From: Dicyema japonicum
Lineage: Eukaryota; Animalia; Dicyemida
Direction of reading: 5' to 3'
Length of the DNA stretch: 64,000 nucleotides
Assembly (NCBI GenBank): GCA_011109175.1
Contig: RDEW01000001.1
Coordinates: 794,912-858,911, forward strand
Shown: positions 53,440-64,000 of the stretch, piece after piece
Numbering within the stretch: position 1 is the first letter of the stretch
Layout of the letters: every line of letters begins with the position of its first letter
Notes under the pieces: model-generated
What the model saw: the letters and a program-made list of their open reading frames with translations, nothing else
Databases searched by the model: none
What the model was told of the DNA's origin: nothing
Made by a program: the position numbers and the translations under genes

Positions 53440-54600
53440 CGCGGACAAAGTTTATTATAGATACTTAGACTGTCTCTTCTCATCATCCTTACACGAGGGA
53501 ACCGCCCAGGGATTCTAACCTGGCAAATACATGTCAATATCGAATTCTATTCTCCCTCTTTTCCGTAGTAATAGTCTCTTAAAAATCTCCTCCACGTGTG
53601 CTCGTAGCAGCAATGTTGTCGTAGTTTAATGACGATTTGGTCTCTGCCGTGGAAAGGTCAAGTACAGAAGAGTCGAACATATTACCAGAAAACTTGATTA
53701 CTAGCCTCTACTCACAAGTGAGTCTATCTCCACGTTGGCTATTACAGAATCTAACCAGTCCTCAGTCTCAGTTTGCTCAAGGACGTGCCTGACACGTTGA
53801 TCTCATCCAGAGAATGGTTCATTTCAGCCTATTCCTCACAGAAAACGTTCTTTTTTACAAGTTGGTGTTTAGCGGAGCTCATCTGCTGCACTTACCAACC
53901 GCCTGGCTTGAAACTAACCAAGAGGCATACACTCTCAGTGTATTTTGAGTACATTTGGCCATCTTCTCATACTTTTCCTGTAGATCCCGCAATCTGGCCT
54001 GCCCGATCTGCATCTTCCTTAACTTTCAACCTCCATGCCTTCATTACAATGTCTTCGTTCATTTTGAGGACTGCCTTGATGTCCCTCTCCATTTGATCTT
54101 CGCACTAATCTTACAATCGAACCAGACCTTCTTCAAATTATAGACATTAGCAGCTCTCTCCGCTTGGAGACTTGCTCGAGTGGAAAGCTCAGTTGTTCAG
54201 CTTACGATTAAAGGACAAGCGACCATTCTATTGGAGTCTACTGTAGACAGCCACTGTTCGTCCTCGTCTCGAACTTTTCTTCAAGGTGCTTGACGTTCGA
54301 TTAACCAATAGAAAAAAATGGAACCATTTCAGTTGATTTGACTAAATCGCTGGCTTACTGGTTTTGTGGGAGGTAATTAGGCGAGAAACTTAACGTTTTG
54401 CCTTACTCTTGTTGGAGATGAGGTCAGTGACATACAATCTGCTTGCTAAAAATGACAATGATCTCAACACCGATCGATTCCATGTTCTCAGAGATCTCCA
54501 TCCTGTTCTTTCCGTTGATGAGTGATCTGGAATTATTCGTAAAGTTAATTAAAATCCGTGGAATTTCCAAATGCATTGTTGTTTAAGGATGTGTGAAAGC
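53440..54600 (-). mobile_element. Degraded LINE-like fragment
   Basis: Weak protein-like words with many stops; begins at the end of the segmental duplicate. Confidence 0.3.
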
Positions 54601-54664
54601 TCAAATGGGTATAATCAGTTTTGAATACATGTTTTTAACTTACCTCATCAGGCCAATAATTCGA

Positions 54665-55314
54665 AATTGGTATTTTATTGCGGAAAATAGACTGAAAGGA
54701 TTATAAAGTGGGCATTATAGAATCGCAATTTCTCATAATCATGATGTTAAAATAGTAAATTGTATATTTTAATATTAGATTAATGATTTCTTAGTTTTTT
54801 TTCGAAAATCTGAAGACGAAGATTAATTTTGATAACAATAGTGTTGAGTTATCTATTAAGGGGCGACATTTTGAATTACTTTTTAAATTTGTTTTGTCTC
54901 GAAACAAATTTATATTTCCAAAATTCAGAGATAGTCATCAACAAAATCTATAATGGTTCTTGGAGTCCCAATAAGAGCAAATTGATTGATGTTGGAAATT
55001 CCTGTAACTTCAAATTGTGTCGCACTAAATTTTCTGATGGCATAAATGCTGAGTTTTCATCATTTAAGCCACAAATTCTTCGGAGTGATATTATATGCAA
55101 TTATATCGGATAAGGTTTGATTTTTCGTGATTTTAGAGTCAAAGTGTTTTGAAGAAGTAACTCCTGGAAAATATACAAATTATAATCATTCAAAATATTT
55201 TATAATTATATGAATTATGTTCTCTGTTTAACTCTAACAATCATCGGACTCATCACATTTGTTAAAAAATGCCGAAATATAATAAGAACATTGGAATATA
55301 TTCCTGTTCTTTAA
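54665..55314 (+). pseudogene. LAMP-like copy 3, 5'-truncated, with stop and frameshift
   Basis: Second luminal domain, TM and tail EYIPVL*; premature TAA near 54702 and +1 nt near 54800. Confidence 0.75.
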
Positions 55315-55349
55315 CTGCAATTAATTTTCTCGTTGTTTTTTTTTTATTT

Positions 55350-55750
55350 TAAATTCTTCAAGCACGTTCATAATAATTTCGTAATTATTTTCTTTCAAGT
55401 AGGTCTTTTCTTGTTTTTTCTTAAGTAGTCAAAGTCTTCTGTATTTTCAACTTTTTTTCCTATATCGTGATGATTGGATACGTCCAAACAGGATCATAGT
55501 TCTTCTATTCTCTCTTGAAAAATCTGATTCCTAATATGGCATCTGCATGCACCTATTTGCTGTTAGAGAACTTTAAATAACCAAAAACAATAGCCTCTGA
55601 CGAGATTTCATGAGCAGACCGTTGTCGCCGAAACGAGTGAAGTCATAGGGCCTCAAAAAATCTCATTTTAAGATAGCCTATGTCAATGATATCGTTTGAG
55701 CAACTCTCTATATGAATTGTAACATTCGATTTTGTCGTGTAATGACCTAG
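55350..55750 (-). pseudogene. Unidentified convergent gene, copy 3 (3' part, more divergent)
   Basis: GHYTTKSNVTIHIESCSNDIIDIGYLK, FLRPYDFTRFGDNGLLMKS, CRCHIRNQIFQERI. Confidence 0.4.
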
Positions 55751-55779
55751 AATTTAGCAGTGACGAGCGATCTGATTCT

Positions 55780-56300
55780 GTCTAACAGAATCAATGACCT
55801 GCTTACTTTAAATTTGACGTTTCCACGACTTCTGGTCAAAAATGAACTGTTCATCGAGATATAGTATTTTCTCAGCTATAGGGTTTCAGCCTACTCCGAA
55901 GAAGATTCTGGTTAGTTGCTGTCACAAGTTTGGAATAATAGAGGCGTCTTTCCACACAGGTGGTTTCGCAATGATTTGTCAAAACATCTATTACAAATCC
56001 ATCTGATAAAAAAGACAAATCCATCTATTTATTCCACCGCGAGACTCAATTATTAATATTACTACTTCAAGGATCACAGGGTCAAAGAAAAAAAATAAAA
56101 GGTTCTCATCTAACATAGTGATCCCAGACCGACAATGGAAGGACGAGTCCAGTGGTGTCGAGAATAGTGACCAACTCTTCTCAGTAGACTTGACATCAGC
56201 TCAATATTTGTTTTATAGAAGATATTTCGATTGTGTATGGTATAGAGTGCAGCTCGATAAATTGCCACCTTTAAGTAATTCAATTATGATATTTTCAATG
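55780..56300 (-). mobile_element. piggyBac-like transposase remnant
   Basis: Minus-strand RLKP..YLDEQFIF..KSWKRQI resembles the KxRP..xDEQxxPFKGRxxLKQY block. Confidence 0.4.
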
Positions 56301-57443
56301 GGCTGGATTTTGTGTTTTGGTCTAATTATCCTAATTGCGGATAGTTTCAATTAAGAGGATCGTTAAATCTTCATTGCTCACAAAGGACTTGCATACGTCA
56401 TCGTAGGTCGGATAAATTGAAAATAAATCGTTGCAAAAACACCAGTTTGTCACTAAGTGATTTTGTGAGCACTTTTAAAATTCTCATTTTCTTCAGAGCA
56501 GAAGTTACTATGTTTTAAGGACATATAAAATGAGAGGAAGATATGATGTGGAGATTTTTATGCAATATCATCAGCTTTTCTGTTAACCGATAATCCATAG
56601 ACCAATTGAAGACGTAGAATGAATTTATCCCAAAAGACAAGTAAAGCCAAACTCGTTGACTAGGTGATCCCAACACATAACAGCAGAGCCCTTTACTAGA
56701 CTCGCGGACAAATCCAAAAAAGATGACGGTTATCCAGAAAAATGAGAGCAGATTGACGGACAGTAAATCACTGAAAAGATACGTCTACCACCAAAAACTC
56801 TGGAAATTCTAATTTGTCTAAACGAAACAGAGTACCAGTTACATCATAAGAAGAATGAAAGTACGTGCTTACTCATATTTAGTCGTACATAAGTTGCACG
56901 GACATTATAATCATTAATCCGTTTACTTCTAGTTATAGTGTGCTCAGAGATCTTATAATAGCTCAGAGATCTGGGCCGTTGAATATTTGAGAGGTTCTGT
57001 AATTATGTTGTCAGAGCCAGCAGCTCTATTGTTGTTTAATTTGTTAAGGCTTTTTTTGCTTTTAGATTCGTTATCGGAATATTTAGAAGATCTCGGCCGG
57101 TGCATATTTGAGAGGTTCTGCAATTATGTTGTCAGAGCCAGCAGCTCTACTGTTGTTTAATTTGTCTAAGGCTTTTATTGCTTTTAGATTCGTTATCGGA
57201 ATATTTAGATCTCTTGCTTCACCATTGAATTGTTTGATGTTTTCCCCGAGGTTTTTATTGAAGGGCAGCAGATAATGGCTTATTCTTAAAGACGGGTAAC
57301 ATTACAGTATTAATGAATTCATGAAAATAAATATAATTATAAATTTAAAATAAATATCATTTGTTTCAAATTATTAAAAATAAATTCATTAATATAACAA
57401 GTGACCTAAATTATACACATCGACGTGTTCATTTTACATAATT

Positions 57444-57811
57444 ATGTTGTTGTTAATATTTTTGTCCTCAATCACGAATTTCGAATTTGAAAATCGAATA
57501 TCAGTATATGTAAAAAGTTTATTGAAAAGTACACTTACAAATGTATTTTATAAATAATAATGGTAGACAAACAATTATTCAATTGAAACTATTTCTTACT
57601 ACTTTTATGATGAAATGCCAATTACAATCGAAACAAAGTACTTGATCTACCAATTTTTTATTGAATTCTCAGACAAATTTTACAACATCTCAATAAAAAT
57701 AGAATTAAATTCTAGTATTTAATAGTTAACACTCAAAGATAATAAAACCTACACAAATACAACAAATCTTCCAAATATTAAACATGGAGATTATTACAGA
57801 TGCGGATATAT
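57444..57811 (+). CDS. LAMP-like copy 4, 5' part (no lesion visible; runs into an 825-nt gap)
   Basis: Exons 1-3 in frame using the same two 24-nt introns, up to HGDYYRCGY. Confidence 0.7.
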
Positions 57812-58636
57812 NNNNNNNNNNNNNNNNNNNNNNNNNNNNNNNNNNNNNNNNNNNNNNNNNNNNNNNNNNNNNNNNNNNNNNNNNNNNNNNNNNNNNNNNN
57901 NNNNNNNNNNNNNNNNNNNNNNNNNNNNNNNNNNNNNNNNNNNNNNNNNNNNNNNNNNNNNNNNNNNNNNNNNNNNNNNNNNNNNNNNNNNNNNNNNNNN
58001 NNNNNNNNNNNNNNNNNNNNNNNNNNNNNNNNNNNNNNNNNNNNNNNNNNNNNNNNNNNNNNNNNNNNNNNNNNNNNNNNNNNNNNNNNNNNNNNNNNNN
58101 NNNNNNNNNNNNNNNNNNNNNNNNNNNNNNNNNNNNNNNNNNNNNNNNNNNNNNNNNNNNNNNNNNNNNNNNNNNNNNNNNNNNNNNNNNNNNNNNNNNN
58201 NNNNNNNNNNNNNNNNNNNNNNNNNNNNNNNNNNNNNNNNNNNNNNNNNNNNNNNNNNNNNNNNNNNNNNNNNNNNNNNNNNNNNNNNNNNNNNNNNNNN
58301 NNNNNNNNNNNNNNNNNNNNNNNNNNNNNNNNNNNNNNNNNNNNNNNNNNNNNNNNNNNNNNNNNNNNNNNNNNNNNNNNNNNNNNNNNNNNNNNNNNNN
58401 NNNNNNNNNNNNNNNNNNNNNNNNNNNNNNNNNNNNNNNNNNNNNNNNNNNNNNNNNNNNNNNNNNNNNNNNNNNNNNNNNNNNNNNNNNNNNNNNNNNN
58501 NNNNNNNNNNNNNNNNNNNNNNNNNNNNNNNNNNNNNNNNNNNNNNNNNNNNNNNNNNNNNNNNNNNNNNNNNNNNNNNNNNNNNNNNNNNNNNNNNNNN
58601 NNNNNNNNNNNNNNNNNNNNNNNNNNNNNNNNNNNN

Positions 58637-59050
58637 TGTGGCATGTCGTTTATGTTGAGATTAAAAAAGGCACGCAGTAGTGGGTATCCTTGAGGGAGTT
58701 TATTTGGTATGAGACGGGATTTTGACATTATGTTATTGGAAATCACTTGTCCATATCTCCCACTTAATAAGTTGGCAATCCATAGTTTTATGTTTGGGTG
58801 GATGCATGTTTCGTAAATTTTCTCAGAAGGAGTTTTCTTGAGACTGTGTCGAAGCCTTTGTTATATCAACAGAGACCAAGTCTGTTCGTTGGTGTGGTTT
58901 AGTAAAATTGAATCTCTTTGCATGAACTGGCGCTTTAAAGGATGGTTCGAATAGTTGTTGGATGCAAGGGGTCAATAATTCGAAGAGGAGAGATGCTGTC
59001 TCGTTAAACCAGACCCCATCAACCAGGACAAACTCGTTGGCTTCTCTCTT
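58637..59050 (-). mobile_element. LINE RT fragment
   Basis: SVDITKA and LPQGYPLLRAFFNLNINDMP. Confidence 0.65.
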
Positions 59051-59913
59051 TTTAATCAGTTTTTAGTTAGAACGAGTTCGCTATGCTAATAAAATTATCT
59101 ATCTATTTTCTATGAAAGTCTACATTTTGAAAGAATTCAATATTCGACGTCACTGTGACTAAACGTTCGCTACATTATGATTGTTCATGTGGTTGAAGGA
59201 TTATGTGACGTGACATTTTCAAGTCCTAGGAGGCACAAACTGATCAAGCTGTGCATTTAAAAATGATTTATCTCTCTACTCCACTAAAGAGGTTCCACAA
59301 TGGCGGATAGATGAACCTGACGCATGAAATTCGCTTCACTCCTACCATGGGGACGAGATATACCTTAATTACACTTTAATTAACACTAACTCAATTAGCT
59401 CATTTTAGGGGGTTTTGAGGTATCTGTTAACGATTATGTCTGTAGTGCCATTAATTTAATTTAACCAACTCTTCTTTCAAAAAGTCCACGAGAAACCATG
59501 ACCGCGGAATAAATATTAAAAATACTTTAAATTGTCAGATTGAAGAAACAGCCAAGTGGACCAACGCCCATGATTGGGGACTTTGATAAAACTTACAAAA
59601 GATTAAAGTTGGAAATTTTTAGAATTATCATTAAAGGTCACACTAATTGAACGATTGACAGGTGGCATCAAAAGATTTTCAGAACTCAAAGTCTTATCCG
59701 GTTTTTGAAAAACGTATTGTCCAGACAAATAGGCAAGTCATAAATGACCAACATATGTGCAAGCTCGTATCCCTAGATATTAGGCAAGGTCTTATCCGGT
59801 TTTTGAAAAACGTATTGTCCAGACAAATAGGCAAGTCATAAATGACCAACATATGTGCAAGTTCGTATCCCTATATATTAGGCAAGTGGTGTAAATCCAA
59901 AAAATCCGCATCC

Positions 59914-59960
59914 TTCTAGGCCAGGGGTCTCAAACACGTGGATCACATGCGGCCCAAAAA
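59914..59960 (+). mobile_element. hAT/Buster-type terminal inverted repeat
   Basis: CAGGGGTCTCAAAC (59922-59935) followed by ..ATGCGGCCC; preceded by 8-mer ttcTAggc with central TA. Confidence 0.6.
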
Positions 59961-60099
59961 TAATCTAAAAAATAATATAAATTTTGTTATTTATTTTGAA
60001 TTAAAATAATTTTGACAGTTTTTAATTTATTTTTTTTGTTTTTCTGAAAATTAAACTTCAGCATGACTTGAAAGTCACCACAACCACCTGACCAAAAGC

Positions 60100-60150
60100 C
60101 TTCTGGTTGAACGTCATCGGATCTGAAGGTCGTGGGTTCGAATCCGAAAG
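60100..60150 (+). pseudogene. tRNA-like 3' half or SINE head (different family)
   Basis: TCGGATCTGAAGGTCGTGGGTTCGAATCC with a B box; 5' half not recognisable. Confidence 0.45.
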
Positions 60151-61216
60151 ATGGAGTTTTCAGCAAAGGTCAATTCTTGTCAAATAGATCCTACCCGTGA
60201 GACAACGAGTCCTTCTGGCACGACACAGTAGTTAAAAAGGATCATCCTATTTTTCTACCTGACCAAATCCTCTGATGAAGAGTACATTATTTAACTATTC
60301 CGTTAAAAATGAAGTGATGACCGCGAAGATAGGACGTGGGACAAAAATGGAAGACACAGTAGTTAAAAAGAATCATCCTATTTTTCTACCTGACCAAATC
60401 CTCTGATGAAGAGTACATTATTTAACTATTCCGTTAAAAATGAAGTGATGACCGCGAAGATAGGACGTGGGACAAAAATGGAAGAGGGTGAACATACTTC
60501 TCCACCTCTCTTCGGAAGCCTGTAGTGAAGTATTGGAAGATGGATTTGTCGGCACAAGCAGATGTTCTCCTTTTGGTTCTTTCCTTGGATTACTTAGTTA
60601 TGACTAGGGCAATTTTTTTTAATTTCGAAAAATGGCATCTAAAAATTATCATAAAATCTATAAATTATAAAACATAATGAAGTAATTTTTAACATTATTT
60701 TTATTAAAATTTCTCTTTTTTAAGAGTTTCAATCTCTCACTCAAAAGTGTGCCAAGTTGTAGTACTCAACCAAAGTCCTTAATGGGGCTCGGATCTCTTC
60801 GAAGCAAGCCTCTTCCAAACTGGAGAGAAATTCTTCCGTTTTCTCTTTTATTATTAAAACAAAAAATGTCTACTATCTGATATAGCTCATAATCATATAT
60901 ATTATCACATAGACCCTGTAAATAGCTGTTTGAGAATCGAGCCAATCTCGACTTGAGCGACATCACTAACCACTATTCTACGATTAACAAACATGGAATA
61001 GATCATCCTTTAATTACTAAAATTTCTGAGCGAAAAGTTAATATTATCAGATTTAATAACAATAATATTATTATTATTTAATAATAATAATTATATAATG
61101 GTGGTCACGAAAGGTATGTCAATCATGCAGTCCTCACTGCGCTTACATAACAAACGCAAAAATTTAATACGGCTTATCACAATATGAAAATTTCAACTTA
61201 TTTGAATAGTCAATGA

Positions 61217-61868
61217 ATGAACTCTCGCCCTTCGCTCTACGTCAAAATACCATACGTGCAACTGCTACAAAAAGGCGCCACTGGACCTCCGGTTGCCAAG
61301 GACATCCCGAAATTTGAACGGACGTTTCTTGAAAAAAGGCCACCACCACGGAAATACAAGACTATATATTTGGACGACTTGCTGCCGCCCCTTGGTCTCC
61401 CCCACGGACTAGAGCAGATAATTAATGCTTCGAGTCCGAATATTCCGCCGATTGTCTACCAACCAAGCCATCCAGAGTTGGCTCCTTCCAACAACCTGCT
61501 GCAGAACTATTTCATTCTTCCCTGCCAGCCAATATCTACTGTCATGACGACCGCAGAAACCAATATGCCAAATAAATCTTCAAAAACGGTTCGTCGAAAG
61601 CGCTGTGGTCATTGTGGACCTTGCAAGATTCGCAAAAATTGTAACCAGTGCAAAAATTGCATAAAACGGAAAGTACTGAAGCAGTCATGCATCTACAGAA
61701 AGTGCGTATATCTGCGCGACGGGGGGGTATATATACTTATTATCGCAGAATTTTGGCGCTTTATATGAAGCGGGAATTTTCTCCAAAGTTGACCCTTCTC
61801 AAGAGATTTCTATTCTTAATTATGACTTGCCAACGTTGATCCCCAAGGATGTTGTCGACGAAGAATGA
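61217..61868 (+). CDS. Small stand-alone CXXC-type zinc-finger protein (Idax/CXXC4-5/TET-like CXXC), ~209 aa
   Basis: RRKRCGHCGPCKIRKNCNQCKNCIKRKVLKQSCIYRKC preceded by a Pro-rich region. A predicted 22-nt intron at 61727-61748 gives the C-terminus NFGALYEAG..DVVDEE*; unspliced, the ORF ends at 61768. Confidence 0.85.
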
Positions 61869-62018
61869 CAGTTTCACTGATAAAAGTAGGACTAATTTTG
61901 ATATATTGCCGATTTTTGCATTCTTAATATTATGTTAGACAGTCCACTGAGCACATTTAATGTAGTCTTCTCTCCATATAAGTAATTCTTGACTTCTCCA
62001 CTGATTTAAGTTCCACTT

Positions 62019-64000
62019 TCATATCTTTATTGATGCGGTTAACTGATAGCCTTCCATAGAGATTGAGAACAAATTGGTTGTCAATACTCGAAAAAGTTCC
62101 GATATAGGCTTTCCCAGCAGTAGGGAATTGTTTGAATCCCTGATATTGAAGGTTTCACTGGTTTGTCCGAAAAATCTTGGCCTCGAAGGCCCCTCAAGTA
62201 GAAGGGGACCAAGTAATGTAACTTTTTGCAAGCAATTATTAGGTTAAGGGTCACCAGTAGGTAGACTGTTGGGTTGAAACTGATCACCTCTCCCTCTAAG
62301 AGGCTAGTCTTCAGCAGAGCTAGANTCCCAGCAGTAGGGAATTGTTTGAATCCCCAAAATTGAAGGTTTCACTGGTTTGTCAGCAAAATCTTGGCCTCGG
62401 AGGCCCCTTAAGTAGAAGTGGACCAAGTAATGAAACTTTTTGCAAGCAATTATTAGGTTAAGGGTCACCAGTAGATAGGCTGTTGGGTTAAAACTGATCA
62501 CTTCGGCCAGTAAGAGTCGGGTCTTCAGCAGATCCTGACAAATAAGTCCCCTCTCTGTGAAGGTTGAATATGCTTCTTCGAATAAGCTCGTAGGACACAT
62601 ATATCTCCATGTTTTTTTCAGCATTAAGGCTGAAAATGACACGTAGAACAATTGGGAGACCACTTGGATAAGGAACCGAGATTTTTTGACCACAACTGGA
62701 CTTCTGAACAATAGGAACCTCCCATTCCGTCACATACTATTAAGCCAGGTTTCGCAGTCTCGTATCTTTTCCATTTCTGCTACCTCTTAGGCCTCTTCTA
62801 ACGTGATGAACAAATCCCAGCCATTTTTGTACGATTTGTTCCCAATAAAGAGGGAATATCCGTCCATCTCCATGGAAACTAAGATGTTCAAGTCGCTCCA
62901 AGGTTTTCTCGAAAGGTTCCCTCCACGGAAAGAAGGTATCCGTGAAATTTGTGATATTGACATCACAATCGATCAGTTTGAGTTCATTCTTGAGAAGTTT
63001 CTTCGAGTGAGCTCGATATTTATCGAGAGAGTGATCGAGGTTTCCCCATAGACCTCCAGTGAACTCGATAGCTCGTTTCTGTGGATACTTTAAATAGAAA
63101 TTTTAGTTCCTCCAAATAATCCGCTACATTTTAAAAAATAGTCAGAATTTTCAAAATTCCCCGCCAAATTTAAATTCAGGTTATTCCCATGCTTAATGGC
63201 TACACTAGAGCCAGTTTCGCATCTGGACAATTCAGGTTATTCTCATTTTAGGTGGCTCCCACTAGAGACAGTCTCGCATATTGACAATTCAGGTAAAGGA
63301 TTCTAAGTAAACTGTGGATTTGATCTGTTGAGTCTTTGAAGTCCTCAATATTGAATACAAACAGAATCAGAGCCTTAGAGGATTTGTACAACTGCAAAAA
63401 TTCTACAAAGCCCTCCCGGAATTTCACATCGTACAGATAAAACGTATTTTGTTTGCCGAAAACAGTCTGAGACCCCACAAACGTCGTGATAGTCTGTTGT
63501 ATGGAGAAACTTTGAATTATGTTTGATGAGGTTGCAAACTAAGCTAGTTTTCCCACTCTTTGGAGGACCGATGACCAAAACCTGTAGAATTACGAGATCT
63601 ACCTTCCTCACACAGCCTTTGGTTGCCTTCTGGACGGAACTCTGTCTTAAATATTCAAAAAAACAAATGGACGAATTTGAATTCAATAAGTTTTTTGGGA
63701 CGTCTTTTAAGTGGTTTCCAATCAGCTAGAGAAAATATGAAGCTTCTCGGGATGGTGGAGATGCTGTTGTCAGACAATTCTAAGGTCTTCAACAAAGTTA
63801 GCGCAGATATTGTCTCCGGAATTAAAGAGAGAGTTTCCTCTAAGTAGTAAACGCCGAAGGTTTTTAAGGGATCCGATTTTGTGGGGTAAAACTTTCAGTT
63901 TATTGAAATTGAGGTCGAATTCTTCCAAAGTCTTAAAATTATTGATTAAATCCGTAAGCAGTTTTATCAAATTTCCCGCCAAAAAGAGCTTTCTAAAGGC
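62019..64000 (-). pseudogene. ROCO-family gene (LRR-ROC-COR, MFHAS1/MASL1-like), frameshifted; 5' end outside window
   Basis: LRRs (LEEFDLNFNKLKVLPHKIGSLKNLRRLLLRGN; LKTLELSDNSISTIP), P-loop VLVIGPPKSGKTSL after an in-frame 21-nt intron candidate, YDV..ALILFVFN..LVG(A)T ROC motifs, COR-like tail. Frame changes near 63820, 63725 and 63460, plus stops. Confidence 0.78.

Noticed and set aside
55593-55650. Hammerhead-ribozyme-like CTGACGA...GAAA
   Set aside because: No convincing stems I-III; the core is absent from the paralogous copies at ~40395 and ~52845; the sequence is antisense to a probable coding region
4148-58746. Long ORFs in the track at 4148-4985, 23338-23709, 47062-47999 and 57778-58746
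   Set aside because: They are read through N gaps
1-64000. rRNA, snRNA, spliced-leader RNA or intact tRNA genes
   Set aside because: No recognisable conserved sequences found by eye; the tRNA-like segments lack intact acceptor stems

Overview
AT-rich eukaryotic scaffold (five N gaps) from an animal-like organism whose spliceosomal GT-AG introns are mostly only 20-30 nt long. The ORF track therefore fragments or misses the host genes. A dicyemid mesozoan is the best guess for the source, but this is inference only. Host genes reconstructed by hand: the 3' end of RBM28/Nop4, an intact uroporphyrinogen-III synthase (UROS), a PCGF/BMI1-type RING+RAWUL Polycomb gene with TGA at its last RING Cys, a four-copy family of two-domain LAMP-like type I membrane genes (all fully visible copies damaged), an unidentified convergent gene co-amplified with them, a small stand-alone CXXC zinc-finger gene, and a frameshifted LRR-ROC-COR (ROCO) gene. 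The rest is decayed mobile DNA: RTE, Jockey/I-like, CRE-like and R4/Dong-like LINEs, tRNA-derived SINEs, hAT (Buster/SPIN type) and piggyBac remnants. The ~13 kb block 28.6-41.5 kb recurs at 48.2-53.4 kb with three internal segments missing. Many short direct tandem duplications are probably assembly or haplotype artefacts. All family assignments come from motif recognition by eye, not database searches; boundaries of decayed elements are approximate.
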